Below, piece by piece: positions 1 to 7,631 of a stretch of 32,000 nucleotides of DNA; within the stretch, counting starts at the first letter, position 1, and each line of letters opens with the position of its first letter. The position numbers and the translations under genes were made by a program. The notes beneath the pieces were generated by a model. The model had not been told where the DNA came from. It worked only from the letters and a program-made list of their open reading frames with translations, and ran no database searches. Origin of the DNA: Candidatus Saccharimonadota bacterium (GTDB lineage Bacteria > Patescibacteriota > Gracilibacteria > BD1-5 > UBA2023); assembly GCA_963706795.1 (NCBI GenBank), contig OY970170.1:270001-302000 (forward strand), in the 5' to 3' direction.

Positions 1-33
1 AAAAAATCACTCAGTTAACTGAGTGATTTTTTT
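1..33 (-). terminator. Rho-independent terminator downstream of the HxlR gene (looks bidirectional)
   Basis: A6 run, stem tcactcag (7-14) / ctgagtga (19-26) with loop ttaa, then a T7 run. Confidence 0.7.
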
Positions 34-89
34 GTTCTACTGCAGGTTCTAAGAAATAGAAAATAAACCCGATAAATCATGGAAAATAG

Positions 90-440
90 CTAATTACTTG
101 AGTCTTTATTTTCTAGATTCTCTAAGCCAAAAGAAGCTAATGCTTCCATAATTGGTAATGTATTTATACCAATCTTGGTCAGGCTATATTCTACTTTTGG
201 AGGCACTTCTGGATAGGATTTTTTTGAAACGAAGCCATATTTTACTAAAGCATTGAGTTCTTGGATAAGCATTTTTTCACTGATACCAGGGATAGCTCTT
301 TTAAGTTCACCAAAGCGTATAACTCTCTCATTTATTTGAAACAATATCAGGAGTGTCCACTTTCATCAAAGGAGTCTTAGCGTTCTTCGTATCGGACATC
401 CTTCGTCTGAAGGTTTTATGATTTTTAAAAAAACTTCCAT
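90..440 (-). CDS. HxlR-family winged-helix transcriptional regulator (117 aa, table 25)
   Basis: Track ORF 90..344 continues upstream through tandem in-frame TGA TGA (363-368) to an ATG at 440. The product MEVFLKIIKPSDEGCPIRRTLRLLGGKWTLLILFQINERVIRFGELKRAIPGISEKMLIQEL... fits the HxlR signature CP..TL..iGGKW..lIl..L....RF.EL.r.iPgIS.kmL. Stop is TAA. Confidence 0.9.
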
Positions 441-465
441 AATATTTCTTTTTACCCGTATAAAA

Positions 466-518
466 CTTACCTAAGAGTGAGGTACATACTTTTAGGTAGG
501 TACTTGTATAAAGGTAAG
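466..518. promoter_or_regulatory. Candidate operator/promoter repeats in the HxlR / SnoaL-like divergent intergenic region
   Basis: cttacctaa (466-474) is inverted against ttaggtag (492-499), an 8/9 match. There is a further aaggtaag (511-518) and a duplicated ggtac core. No consensus is known to me, so this is pattern only. Confidence 0.2.
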
Positions 519-644
519 AAAACTATAGCATAAAGCAACTTTATAATTTAATAAAAATTACATTCCAAAATCTAGGTGTCTTATACACCTACGAATAACA
601 CTTATATCCACTAGAACGTAACTATTTTTAATCTAAGAACCAAT

Positions 645-1031
645 ATGAAAGCAATAGAAGTAGTAGAAGCATATTCAATAGCCCTTTGAAAAGGAGATAT
701 TCCTGCAGCATTCTCATATTTCAGTCATGATGCAAAATGGCATCAACCCTGAAATAATCAGTTTTCTGGAACAAAAGTAGGACTTGAGGCCATCGGAAAA
801 ATGCTTGACGACATGATGAGAGTAACACAAGGTTCACTCGTTATTCACTCGATAGGAGCTATGATGGTAAATGATAATTTTGTTTCTTGTCCTGTTCGTT
901 TTAGTGCTAAAAATGGCACTAAAACGATTGATATGAACGGAAGTGACTTGTATGAAGTTACGGAAGGAAAAATTGTTCAAGTATGGCTCTTTTCTGAAGA
1001 TCAAGACGCTGAAGATGAGTTTTGGAAATAA
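645..1031 (+). CDS. SnoaL-like / NTF2-fold protein (128 aa, table 25)
   Basis: An ATG at 645 lies in frame with track ORF 801..1031 across TGA codons at 687-689 and 750-752. The product MKAIEVVEAYSIALGKGDIPAAFSYFSHDAKWHQPGNNQFSGTKVGLEAIGKM...EDEFWK shows the typical SnoaL_2/NTF2-like pattern (gD.....f..d..Wh.pG...f.G..G). It is divergent from the HxlR regulator, a common pairing. Confidence 0.75.
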
Positions 1032-1077
1032 TCTACCAAAAAGATAAAAATATTTCTCACTCATAGAATCTCCTATT

Positions 1078-1108
1078 AAAAAATCACCCATTAAATGGGT
1101 GATTTTTT
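1078..1108 (+). terminator. Rho-independent terminator
   Basis: aaaaaa tcaccca ttaa(a) tgggtga tttttt directly after the TAA at 1029-1031. Confidence 0.75.
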
Positions 1109-1156
1109 ATTTAAGCAAACCTATGCTACGAAGGACAAATATTCAGAATAAAGAAT

Positions 1157-1185
1157 TTGACAATCCCCTTTATCTGGACATAAAT
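1157..1185 (+). promoter_or_regulatory. Sigma-70-like promoter for CDS 1224..1640
   Basis: TTGACA (1157-1162), a 17-nt spacer, then ATAAAT (1180-1185). An AAGGAG Shine-Dalgarno lies about 8 nt before the ATG at 1224. Confidence 0.45.
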
Positions 1186-1223
1186 CATACGTTGTTTCAA
1201 ATCAATCCAACAAGGAGAACGTA

Positions 1224-1640
1224 ATGATTGTCGGAATAATAGAAGGGCAAATAGACAGGATGCAATACTCTCATATTGCGGCTATCTACGACGAAAATGG
1301 GCGCTTCCCCCTAACTTGGGTGGGCGATTTCATGAGTGGGGGTTTTGGCATCCATACACCACTCGGTACTGTCTTCAGTGAGAAAGCTAAAAACTTTGTG
1401 AGAGAGCAAACACACCACACGATGGTGTGTTACCCAGCGAAACATGATGATATCAAAAAGATTACATCATGCCTCACGGAATGCTTAAATAAACTCGATA
1501 TTCCCGAAGGGGAAACTGTAGCCTTGCATATACCAATATGTCCAGGCGAGACCCCCGTCTTGAATCATTACCCATTCAGTCTCTTGGGCGCCATCGCGTG
1601 CTCCAATAAGTATGTGGTCGTCCATTATGGACGCTACTAA
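1224..1640 (+). CDS. Hypothetical protein (138 aa), no family recognised
   Basis: Intact ORF with a strong SD (caaggagaacgtaATG), a TAA stop and its own promoter and terminator. It contains no TGA. Confidence 0.6.
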   Translation: MIVGIIEGQIDRMQYSHIAAIYDENGRFPLTWVGDFMSGGFGIHTPLGTVFSEKAKNFVREQTHHTMVCYPAKHDDIKKITSCLTECLNKLDIPEGETVALHIPICPGETPVLNHYPFSLLGAIACSNKYVVVHYGRY

Positions 1641-1651
1641 TGAATGAATTG

Positions 1652-1687
1652 AAAAACCCGAAGCATAATGCTTCGGGTTTATTTTTT
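1652..1687 (+). terminator. Rho-independent terminator
   Basis: aaaaa cccgaagc ataat gcttcggg tttatttttt. Confidence 0.8.
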
Positions 1688-1736
1688 AGAGAAATAACAT
1701 TTGCATCCCTACAAAAATCTCCTATCATTAAACCAT

Positions 1737-2060
1737 ATGGTTGAACAATCACCCGCTACTGATCAGATATTCCATGCCCTTGCAGATGCGACGAGGCGGG
1801 ATATTTTGCGTCGGGCGATCGTGAGTCACCATACTATTTCGAGTCTTGCGAATGACTATGAAATGAGCTTCACTGCGGTAGCTAAGCATATAAATGTCCT
1901 TTGCAAAGCTGAACTCATCCGCAAATATAAGGTTGGTCGCGAACAAACGATCGAGGCGAATATCCAAAAGATTCAAGAAGTTTGAGCTATGCTTGACGCC
2001 TACGAATCCCTCTGGAAAGATCGCTTTGAAGCCTTAGATACTTTACTTCAAACCCTTTAG
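1737..2060 (+). CDS. ArsR/SmtB-family HTH transcriptional regulator (107 aa, table 25)
   Basis: MVEQSPATDQIFHALADATRRDILRRAIVSHHTISSLANDYEMSFTAVAKHINVLCKAELIRKYKVGREQ... is a typical ArsR HTH_20 pattern. It reads through the TGA at 1983-1985 to the TAG at 2058-2060 (tail ...IQEVGAMLDAYESLWKDRFEALDTLLQTL). I prefer the ATG at 1737 over the track's TTG at 1701. Confidence 0.85.
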
Positions 2061-2064
2061 TCCT

Positions 2065-2556
2065 ATGTACTCATCTCCTATTATCCACAAGGATTTTGCA
2101 GCCAAAAAGATCACAATCGAAAAGATTTTTAATGCGCCGCTCTCAAAAGTATGGCGAGCCCATACGGATGCAGATCTTCTCGTAAAGTGGTGGGGTCCAA
2201 AAGAATGGCCTGCCGCGAGTAAGTCATTTGATTTTAGAGAAGGTGGTCACTGGCATTACAACATGACCGGACCGGACGGCACACAGATGTGGGGCTGGGT
2301 GGATTATCTCAAGATTATTCCCCAGGAAAGTATTGCCGCAAAAGACTGTTTTGCAGACGCAGAAGGCAACAAAAATCCAGAAATGCCTTCAAATAATTGG
2401 CTCACTGAGTTTGAAGATCAGGGCGAAAAAACCAAGATCACAGTCGAGCTCTCATTTGAAGCAGCTGACAAGATGCAACAGATCATCGATATGGGATTTG
2501 AGCTCGGATTCTCAGATGCACTCAATAACCTTGATATGCTTCTTGAGAAGATCTAA
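2065..2556 (+). CDS. SRPBCC-superfamily protein, AHSA1 (Activator of Hsp90 ATPase homolog 1-like) type (163 aa)
   Basis: ITIEKIFNAPLSKVWRAHTDADLLVKWWGPKEWP...FDFREGGHWHYNMTGPDG...GWVDY is the classic AHSA1/SRPBCC pattern. It starts 4 nt after the ArsR stop, which is the usual ArsR-SRPBCC pairing. Confidence 0.85.
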   Translation: MYSSPIIHKDFAAKKITIEKIFNAPLSKVWRAHTDADLLVKWWGPKEWPAASKSFDFREGGHWHYNMTGPDGTQMWGWVDYLKIIPQESIAAKDCFADAEGNKNPEMPSNNWLTEFEDQGEKTKITVELSFEAADKMQQIIDMGFELGFSDALNNLDMLLEKI

Positions 2557-2568
2557 TTCACACTCAAT

Positions 2569-2595
2569 AAAAATGCACCGAAACGGTGCATTTTT
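2569..2595 (+). terminator. Rho-independent terminator
   Basis: aaaaa tgcaccg aaa cggtgca ttttt. Confidence 0.8.
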
Positions 2596-2750
2596 AAATA
2601 CGTGAATATTTCGTGAATAAGGACTCGTCCAAGCGAAACTGTATTGATAAAGCTCACTCGATATGTAAGATTTCTTCAACGTCAGTATTTCAGAAGATTC
2701 CTTCTGTAATGGGAAAAATTACAGAATACTTAGCAAAATTTAAATCACTT

Positions 2751-4052
2751 ATGTACCACTCTTCTCTTACAAAAATATTCGTCTCCTTTGCTCTCTGATG
2801 TATCTCGCTCGCGATCGGGAATATGAGTCACGCAAGTCAGGATACGTGCGACACGGATTACGGCTATACTCCAGGTGTTGCAGGCTGTTATCGTTTCGTA
2901 GATCGTGGTGATGGTGGTCGTAAGGATATGTATGATCAGCCAACGACGGGTGTGCGTGAATTGGATATCATTCTAGAGAAAGAAACTGATCTCAGCATCA
3001 AGGCATCTCTCAAAGATAAACGCATTCGTAACCAGAGTATCGCTGCCGAAACAACCCTTAACCATCTCGGAAGCCTCCTCCCAGACGGCACTGGGAGTAT
3101 CGTCCATGCAACACTGACAACTACGAAAGATTTTAAGGATGATAAAATTTCGTCGATCCAAAATAAGCGTGCATTCAACTATGATACTGTAAACAAGAAA
3201 CTCATCTCTGTCGATGAATTACTCTCAAAGAACGACAAGCAAAAACTTACAAACGATCTCAAGAAAGACGCACGATGCCCGCTTCTCAGCAAAGATATTT
3301 TTGCGTATTCTTTTGTGAATGCCGATAATGCTGGCAAAATCCAAAGCCTCCTTCTCTATCCGTGTATTAATACCGCGTTTTCTATAAAGATAAACTACCC
3401 TTCGCTCAGACTACTTCCCGATGAGTCAGGTTGCAAGATCATGAAAGGATCAAGGTATTCTTGGTCAAATTATGACTATTCAATTGAGAATCGAGTGAAG
3501 ATAACGGCAGACCTCCTCGTCTGCAATCCTCCTCTACCAACAGGCGTGCAGAAGCTCGATGCAGCCATCAACACTAAAGAGAAGCAGCTCATTCAGAAAT
3601 TCTTGCAACCAGATTCTAATGCATGGGAGTATAGATTTTACCCAAAAATCGTGAATGCAGGGAGAATAACGAGTGTGTTCGTAGATGTAAGCATACCCGG
3701 TGGGCGTGGAAAATACAGCTCCAATGAATACCTCGTATTCAACTACAATAAATCGACTGGGAAATTCCTCACTTTGGAACAAGTTTTTACCAAAAAAGAA
3801 ATCGCTACCGCAGCCAAGAAGATCATCAGTGTTACTGAAGCGAAATCTTATTCTTGGACTGGGGAAGGCAGCTACAATCCCTACGGCACACGCGGAAACT
3901 GTACCCAGCAAGATTACACTAGCCTTTTCAATCTTCATACCAATGATTCAGGGAAGGTAACCGCCATTACTTTCTACAATCAGTGTGCATCGAATATGTT
4001 ACCGATCAAACTCTCCTATCCATCGTTTGAACTTATAGAAAATGATAAATAG
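2751..4052 (+). CDS. Secreted hypothetical protein (433 aa, table 25), no family recognised
   Basis: Track ORFs 2613..2798 and 2823..4052 share one frame and are joined by the TGA at 2796-2798. Starting at the ATG at 2751 gives a signal-peptide-like N-terminus, MYHSSLTKIFVSFALGCISLAIGNMSHASQ. Stop is TAG. The start is uncertain (ATG at 2709 or GTG at 2613 are possible). Confidence 0.6.
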
Positions 4053-4108
4053 GCATAAATAGAAATTATTTATTCAAATCGCGGGTTACACGTATGTGTT
4101 TTCAATTT

Positions 4109-4135
4109 AAAAATACACCGAAATGGTGCATTTTT
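4109..4135. terminator. Bidirectional rho-independent terminator between convergent genes
   Basis: aaaaa tacaccg aaa tggtgca ttttt. It is a near copy of the 2569-2595 terminator, with one stem mismatch. Confidence 0.65.
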
Positions 4136-4147
4136 ATATGGTTCGAT

Positions 4148-4762
4148 CTATCTCTTCCAAATATATCGAATCAATACCTCATCGAGCCAGGCGATCGCAC
4201 CAGGAATAATTCCAAAAATCAGTGGAATAATGTAGAGCAGCAGAGAAATATGCGGAAATGTAAACGCAAGAGCGATCCCAATCAGCGCAAATCCCACCGG
4301 AAATACCACACGAATTACCCCATATCGCGTATCGAGCGCTGTAATATTTGTCATTTCAGTCTCTGGGTGTATTCGGATAATATATCGCATGAGATTGAGA
4401 GAAGCGATGATCGCAAGGACATTGACACCGTACACAATTACCGCCACAGGATCTACCAAATGACGACCTAAAAGATTCGCCGAAAATGGCAGCAGTGAGA
4501 GGAAAAAGAGGAAGAGAATATTTGCATTTGCAAGCTGTCTATCGATTTTCTTTGCAAAGATAGTCACGAGATAATGGTGTGTGAACCAGTAAGTCGTAAG
4601 CGTCACAAACACGAGCAAATGAGCAAAAAGCGCTGGTAAAATCTCATGAAGCCCTTCTATCAGATTTGTGGAATTCTCTGGAATTTTGAGCTCCAAAACC
4701 AAAAGCGTCAGCGTGATTGCAAACACAGCATCTGCAAGATTTTCGATACGGGCTTTACTCAT
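4148..4762 (-). CDS. TMEM175/DUF1211-family membrane protein (putative K+ channel), 204 aa
   Basis: The N-terminal RIENLADAVFAITLTLLVLELKIP matches the DUF1211/TMEM175 signature (R...fsDgVFAIaiTLLvLel). Several hydrophobic helices follow. Stop is TAG. Confidence 0.85.
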   Translation of the reverse strand: MSKARIENLADAVFAITLTLLVLELKIPENSTNLIEGLHEILPALFAHLLVFVTLTTYWFTHHYLVTIFAKKIDRQLANANILFLFFLSLLPFSANLLGRHLVDPVAVIVYGVNVLAIIASLNLMRYIIRIHPETEMTNITALDTRYGVIRVVFPVGFALIGIALAFTFPHISLLLYIIPLIFGIIPGAIAWLDEVLIRYIWKR

Positions 4763-4785
4763 AAAAATGGGGAATGAATGGGGAA

Positions 4786-4813
4786 AGTATAGTTTGTGTG
4801 AAATTTAAAACAA
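4786..4813 (-). promoter_or_regulatory. Possible sigma-70-like promoter for the DUF1211 gene
   Basis: On the minus strand: TTGTTT (4808-4813), a 16-nt spacer, then TATACT (4786-4791), about 24 nt upstream of the ATG at 4762. Confidence 0.35.
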
Positions 4814-4908
4814 GCATCTTTTAATTATGTGACGATTCACTGCCAAAACTCTTTTGATTTTAAAAAAGTTCGTTACTATACCACGTCTATTAATTTTATC
4901 GTTCTTTC

Positions 4909-5460
4909 ATGAATAAGCTCATCATTACAGCACATCCAAGCTCGCAAGGTTTTACTCATAAAATCGCCGAAAAACTCGCAAATCTCTCCGAAAAGCAGGG
5001 GCAAAAAGTAGAAATCCTCGATCTCTACAAGACTGATCTCAAGCAGGATTTCCTCGCATTTGAAAATATAAAGGAAATGGGGAAAGACGAAGTTACAAAG
5101 GCTATGCAGGCAAAGATTACATGGGCAGATGAGCTCGTTTTTGTATTCCCCATTTGGTGGGGAGATACTCCTGCGATTATGAAGAATTTTATTGACTGTA
5201 ATTTTGGTGCCGGTTTTGCATTTAAGTTTGTGGATGGTAAATCCATTGGGCTCCTCCCTGGTAAAACAGCTCGTATTATTGCGACGTCTGGAGCACCCTC
5301 GTTTTTATATACATGGGTCTTGCATGTGCAGCTCATGTGGAACCTCAACCGCATTAAATTCTGTGGGATCAAACAAAAATCATTTACGGTTTTTGGAAAC
5401 ATGGATAAACCAGGTACCAACAAAGATGCTTACCTCAAACAAGTCGCCGCACTCGTGTAA
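4909..5460 (+). CDS. Flavodoxin-like fold NAD(P)H-dependent oxidoreductase (Flavodoxin_2 type), 183 aa
   Basis: MNKLIITAHPSSQGFTHKIAEKL...KITWADELVFVFPIWWGDTPAIMKNFIDCNF is the hallmark of NAD(P)H dehydrogenase (quinone)/general stress protein 14-like proteins. Confidence 0.85.
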   Translation: MNKLIITAHPSSQGFTHKIAEKLANLSEKQGQKVEILDLYKTDLKQDFLAFENIKEMGKDEVTKAMQAKITWADELVFVFPIWWGDTPAIMKNFIDCNFGAGFAFKFVDGKSIGLLPGKTARIIATSGAPSFLYTWVLHVQLMWNLNRIKFCGIKQKSFTVFGNMDKPGTNKDAYLKQVAALV

Positions 5461-5463
5461 TCC

Positions 5464-5496
5464 AAAAGAGCAGAATGACTTCTGCTCTTTTATTTT
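5464..5496 (+). terminator. Rho-independent terminator
   Basis: aaaa gagcaga atgact tctgctc ttttatttt. Confidence 0.75.
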
Positions 5497-5559
5497 GCGA
5501 TCCAAACTTCATTGCCACAGTGATTTTTCTGATTATAGTGCAGAAAACATCCCCTCCTT

Positions 5560-6063
5560 ATGTCTCACCTCGTACAACTCACAGATCAAGACGATCGCTT
5601 CCTCGGACACAAAATGCGTGACGAATTAGTTCCGACTGATATTTTTAGATGCATTAGCGTACATATCACCGATCTCAGTGGCGAATACGTCCTCCTCCAA
5701 AAACGTAGCATGACAAAACCTACAAGTCCATGATTTTGGACAACAGGCGTAGTCTGAACCCTCGAAGACGGTGATACCTACGAGACGGGAGCACTTCGTG
5801 AAATCGCAGAAGAAATCGGAATAGATGCATGCATACTCACATCACACGGAGTTGCTTATCGCCCAAATCAGGCAGGCGGAGGACTCCAACGAATGCTCTT
5901 TACGACCCAAATACCACTCGACAGCATATTTATACTCCAAGAGAGCGAAGTCTCAGAGGTCCGCTGGATCACCCTCGATGAACTTCGCATCTGGGCGAGT
6001 GAATCACCACATACTCTTGCAGGTGGTGCACTCGATATTTGGAGAACGCTGGGGCTCATTTAG
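5560..6063 (+). CDS. NUDIX hydrolase, isopentenyl-diphosphate-isomerase-like subtype (167 aa, table 25)
   Basis: This gene is absent from the ORF track because two TGAs (5731-5733, 5755-5757) split it. The hand translation from the ATG at 5560 reads ...VLLQKRSMTKPTSPGFWTTGVVGTLEDGDTYETGALREIAEEIGI...SEVSEVRWITLDEL.... It contains the KR...K...PG.W motif and the Nudix box (G..E.GE.....A.RE..EE.Gi). Stop is TAG at 6061-6063. Confidence 0.8.
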
Positions 6064-6068
6064 AGATT

Positions 6069-6097
6069 AAAAAAATCAGGTTTACCTGATTTTTTTA
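6069..6097. terminator. Short bidirectional terminator between the NUDIX and FemAB-family genes
   Basis: aaaaaaa tcagg ttta cctga tttttttt. The stem is only 5-7 bp. The FemAB-family stop codon (6082-6084) lies in the loop. Confidence 0.55.
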
Positions 6098-7101
6098 ATC
6101 CAACGAAGGAGCGAGAAAAAGAGATATTTGATCTTTTTTACTACAAAAATACGCTTCCCTGGAAAGACGTGCTCTGCTCCACCAAATTTGTGCTTGAAGT
6201 CAGAAACTCCTGCAAGTCGGTGCCCCTGTACTCAATTTGGAGCAATACCCAAGAAGTCGTACTGAGTACAGCCTGCAGACTTCCCTGCTCGCATCATTTG
6301 CCACTGGAGGAGATACGCAGGCATGAATTTGCGCTTCGCATTATCAGAGGTCGAGGCTCCATAGTAATAAATCGCGGTCTTCCCTTCGATCACGAGAATG
6401 GCTGCTGCGATAACTTCTCCATCTTTTTGAGCAAGGTAGAGACCTTCCTCTGGACCTTTTCGTGAAGCAAGCAATGCTTCATAATATTTACGCGAATTAC
6501 CAGCAAAGCCATCGCGCTCAAGCGTCTCCGAAAGCAATGCCATAAAGGCGTCAATATCGGCCGAATTTCCGTCCGAATGCCTCACACTCACCCCTTGTTT
6601 TTCAGCAAGACGGATATTATATCGCCCCTTCTGGTGCATCTGTGCAAGGATATCATCCTCACTCGCCGTAATATCAACCAGCAGTGTGTGTTTTTCGATA
6701 AAACCCTTGTATTCGCCATAAGCGAAGCACTCAAAAGTGTACTCAGTCACCGGTTCAAGTTGCAAAAAAACCGCATTACACTGACGAGTAAGTACAATCA
6801 TCGCTTCCTCTAATTGAACCTCGTGCGAATATATATTTGGTCCGCCAATACAAAAAAGCCCAAATTGACCAAAACCAATCGAACGCTTTTCGATGAGTGC
6901 ATATGCGAGGAGCTTTTCCTTATCAAAAACACCGACAAAATAGGCATCTGAGAGTGCATGGGCATGTGAGAGCATCTGTGTCCATGCTATCTTTTGCCAG
7001 ACAGGTTCGTAGCCCGACATGCCATTCCAAAACTCCAAAATCGCTTTTTCGATCTCAGAAGAAAATTCATTAAGGCATGTTGTACGAATTTGCATAGGCA
7101 A
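6082..7101 (-). CDS. FemAB-family peptidoglycan interpeptide-bridge aminoacyltransferase (339 aa, table 25)
   Basis: Track ORF 6232..7101 (...HQKGRYNIRLAEKQGVSV...GKTAIYYYGASTSDNAKRKFMPAYLLQWQMMRAGKSAGCTQYDFLGIAPN) reads through the TGA at 6232-6234. It continues as GVQGHRLAGVSDFKHKFGGAEHVFPGKR..., the expected FemAB C-terminus (G...FK..FGG). Stop is TAA at 6082-6084. Confidence 0.85.
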
Positions 7102-7191
7102 AAGGCTATGAAAACAGCTCTAAAATGCAATACATTTGCGTTTCGGGGTATGATTTGTTATATTTTTTTAGAACATATTTCTTTTCATTAT

Positions 7192-7542
7192 ATGAATACG
7201 CCTATCGAAGTAAGTACCAAGAATGTAAATGATGTCATGGTATTTGAGTTCACTGGTGAGCTCGACGAGACGAATGCTGACAAAACATTCACTTCTATTT
7301 ATAACGCAATCGGTGACTTTGCAGGGAAAAAAGTCCTCTTTAATCTTGCTGGGCTCAAGTATCTCAACTCGAAGTCTATCGGATACATCGCTGATATCTT
7401 CTCAAATATCGAAGACGGTAATGGAAAAATGACGATCTCTAACATGACCGAGGAAGTAAAAGATACTCTCGAGCTCGTAGGAATCACGACTATTATCCAG
7501 ATCGCCGACAACGAAGCTGACGGACTCGCCATGATGGCATAA
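7192..7542 (+). CDS. STAS-domain protein (SpoIIAA-like anti-sigma-factor antagonist), 116 aa
   Basis: MNTPIEVSTKNVNDVMVFEFTGELDETNADKTFTSIYNAI...LFNLAGLKYLNSKSIGYIADIF...GKMTISNMTEEVKDTLELVGITTII is the canonical STAS pattern, including the L.yinS.giG phosphorylatable-Ser region. The track's upstream extension to 6994 overlaps the FemAB-family gene and is rejected. Confidence 0.85.
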   Translation: MNTPIEVSTKNVNDVMVFEFTGELDETNADKTFTSIYNAIGDFAGKKVLFNLAGLKYLNSKSIGYIADIFSNIEDGNGKMTISNMTEEVKDTLELVGITTIIQIADNEADGLAMMA

Positions 7543-7556
7543 ATTGTCAAGCAATT

Positions 7557-7583
7557 AAAACCGCCCGAATAGGGCGGTTTTTT
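7557..7583 (+). terminator. Rho-independent terminator
   Basis: aaaa ccgccc gaata gggcgg tttttt. Confidence 0.85.
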
Positions 7584-7631
7584 GATTTATGGGAGATTTT
7601 CTGAGAAGATAGATGAAATCAATACCCATCT

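Noticed and set aside
1701-2556. ArsR-SRPBCC and HxlR-SnoaL-like pairs (the latter at 90..1031) as unusual systems
   Set aside because: Both are very common small regulator and stress-protein modules. They are noteworthy here only as code-25 evidence.
6994-7191. N-terminal extension of the STAS protein given by the track ORF (6994..7542)
   Set aside because: The extension overlaps the 5' end of the FemAB-family gene on the other strand and reads as junk (MPDRFVARHAIPKLQNRFFD...). The STAS domain is complete from the ATG at 7192.
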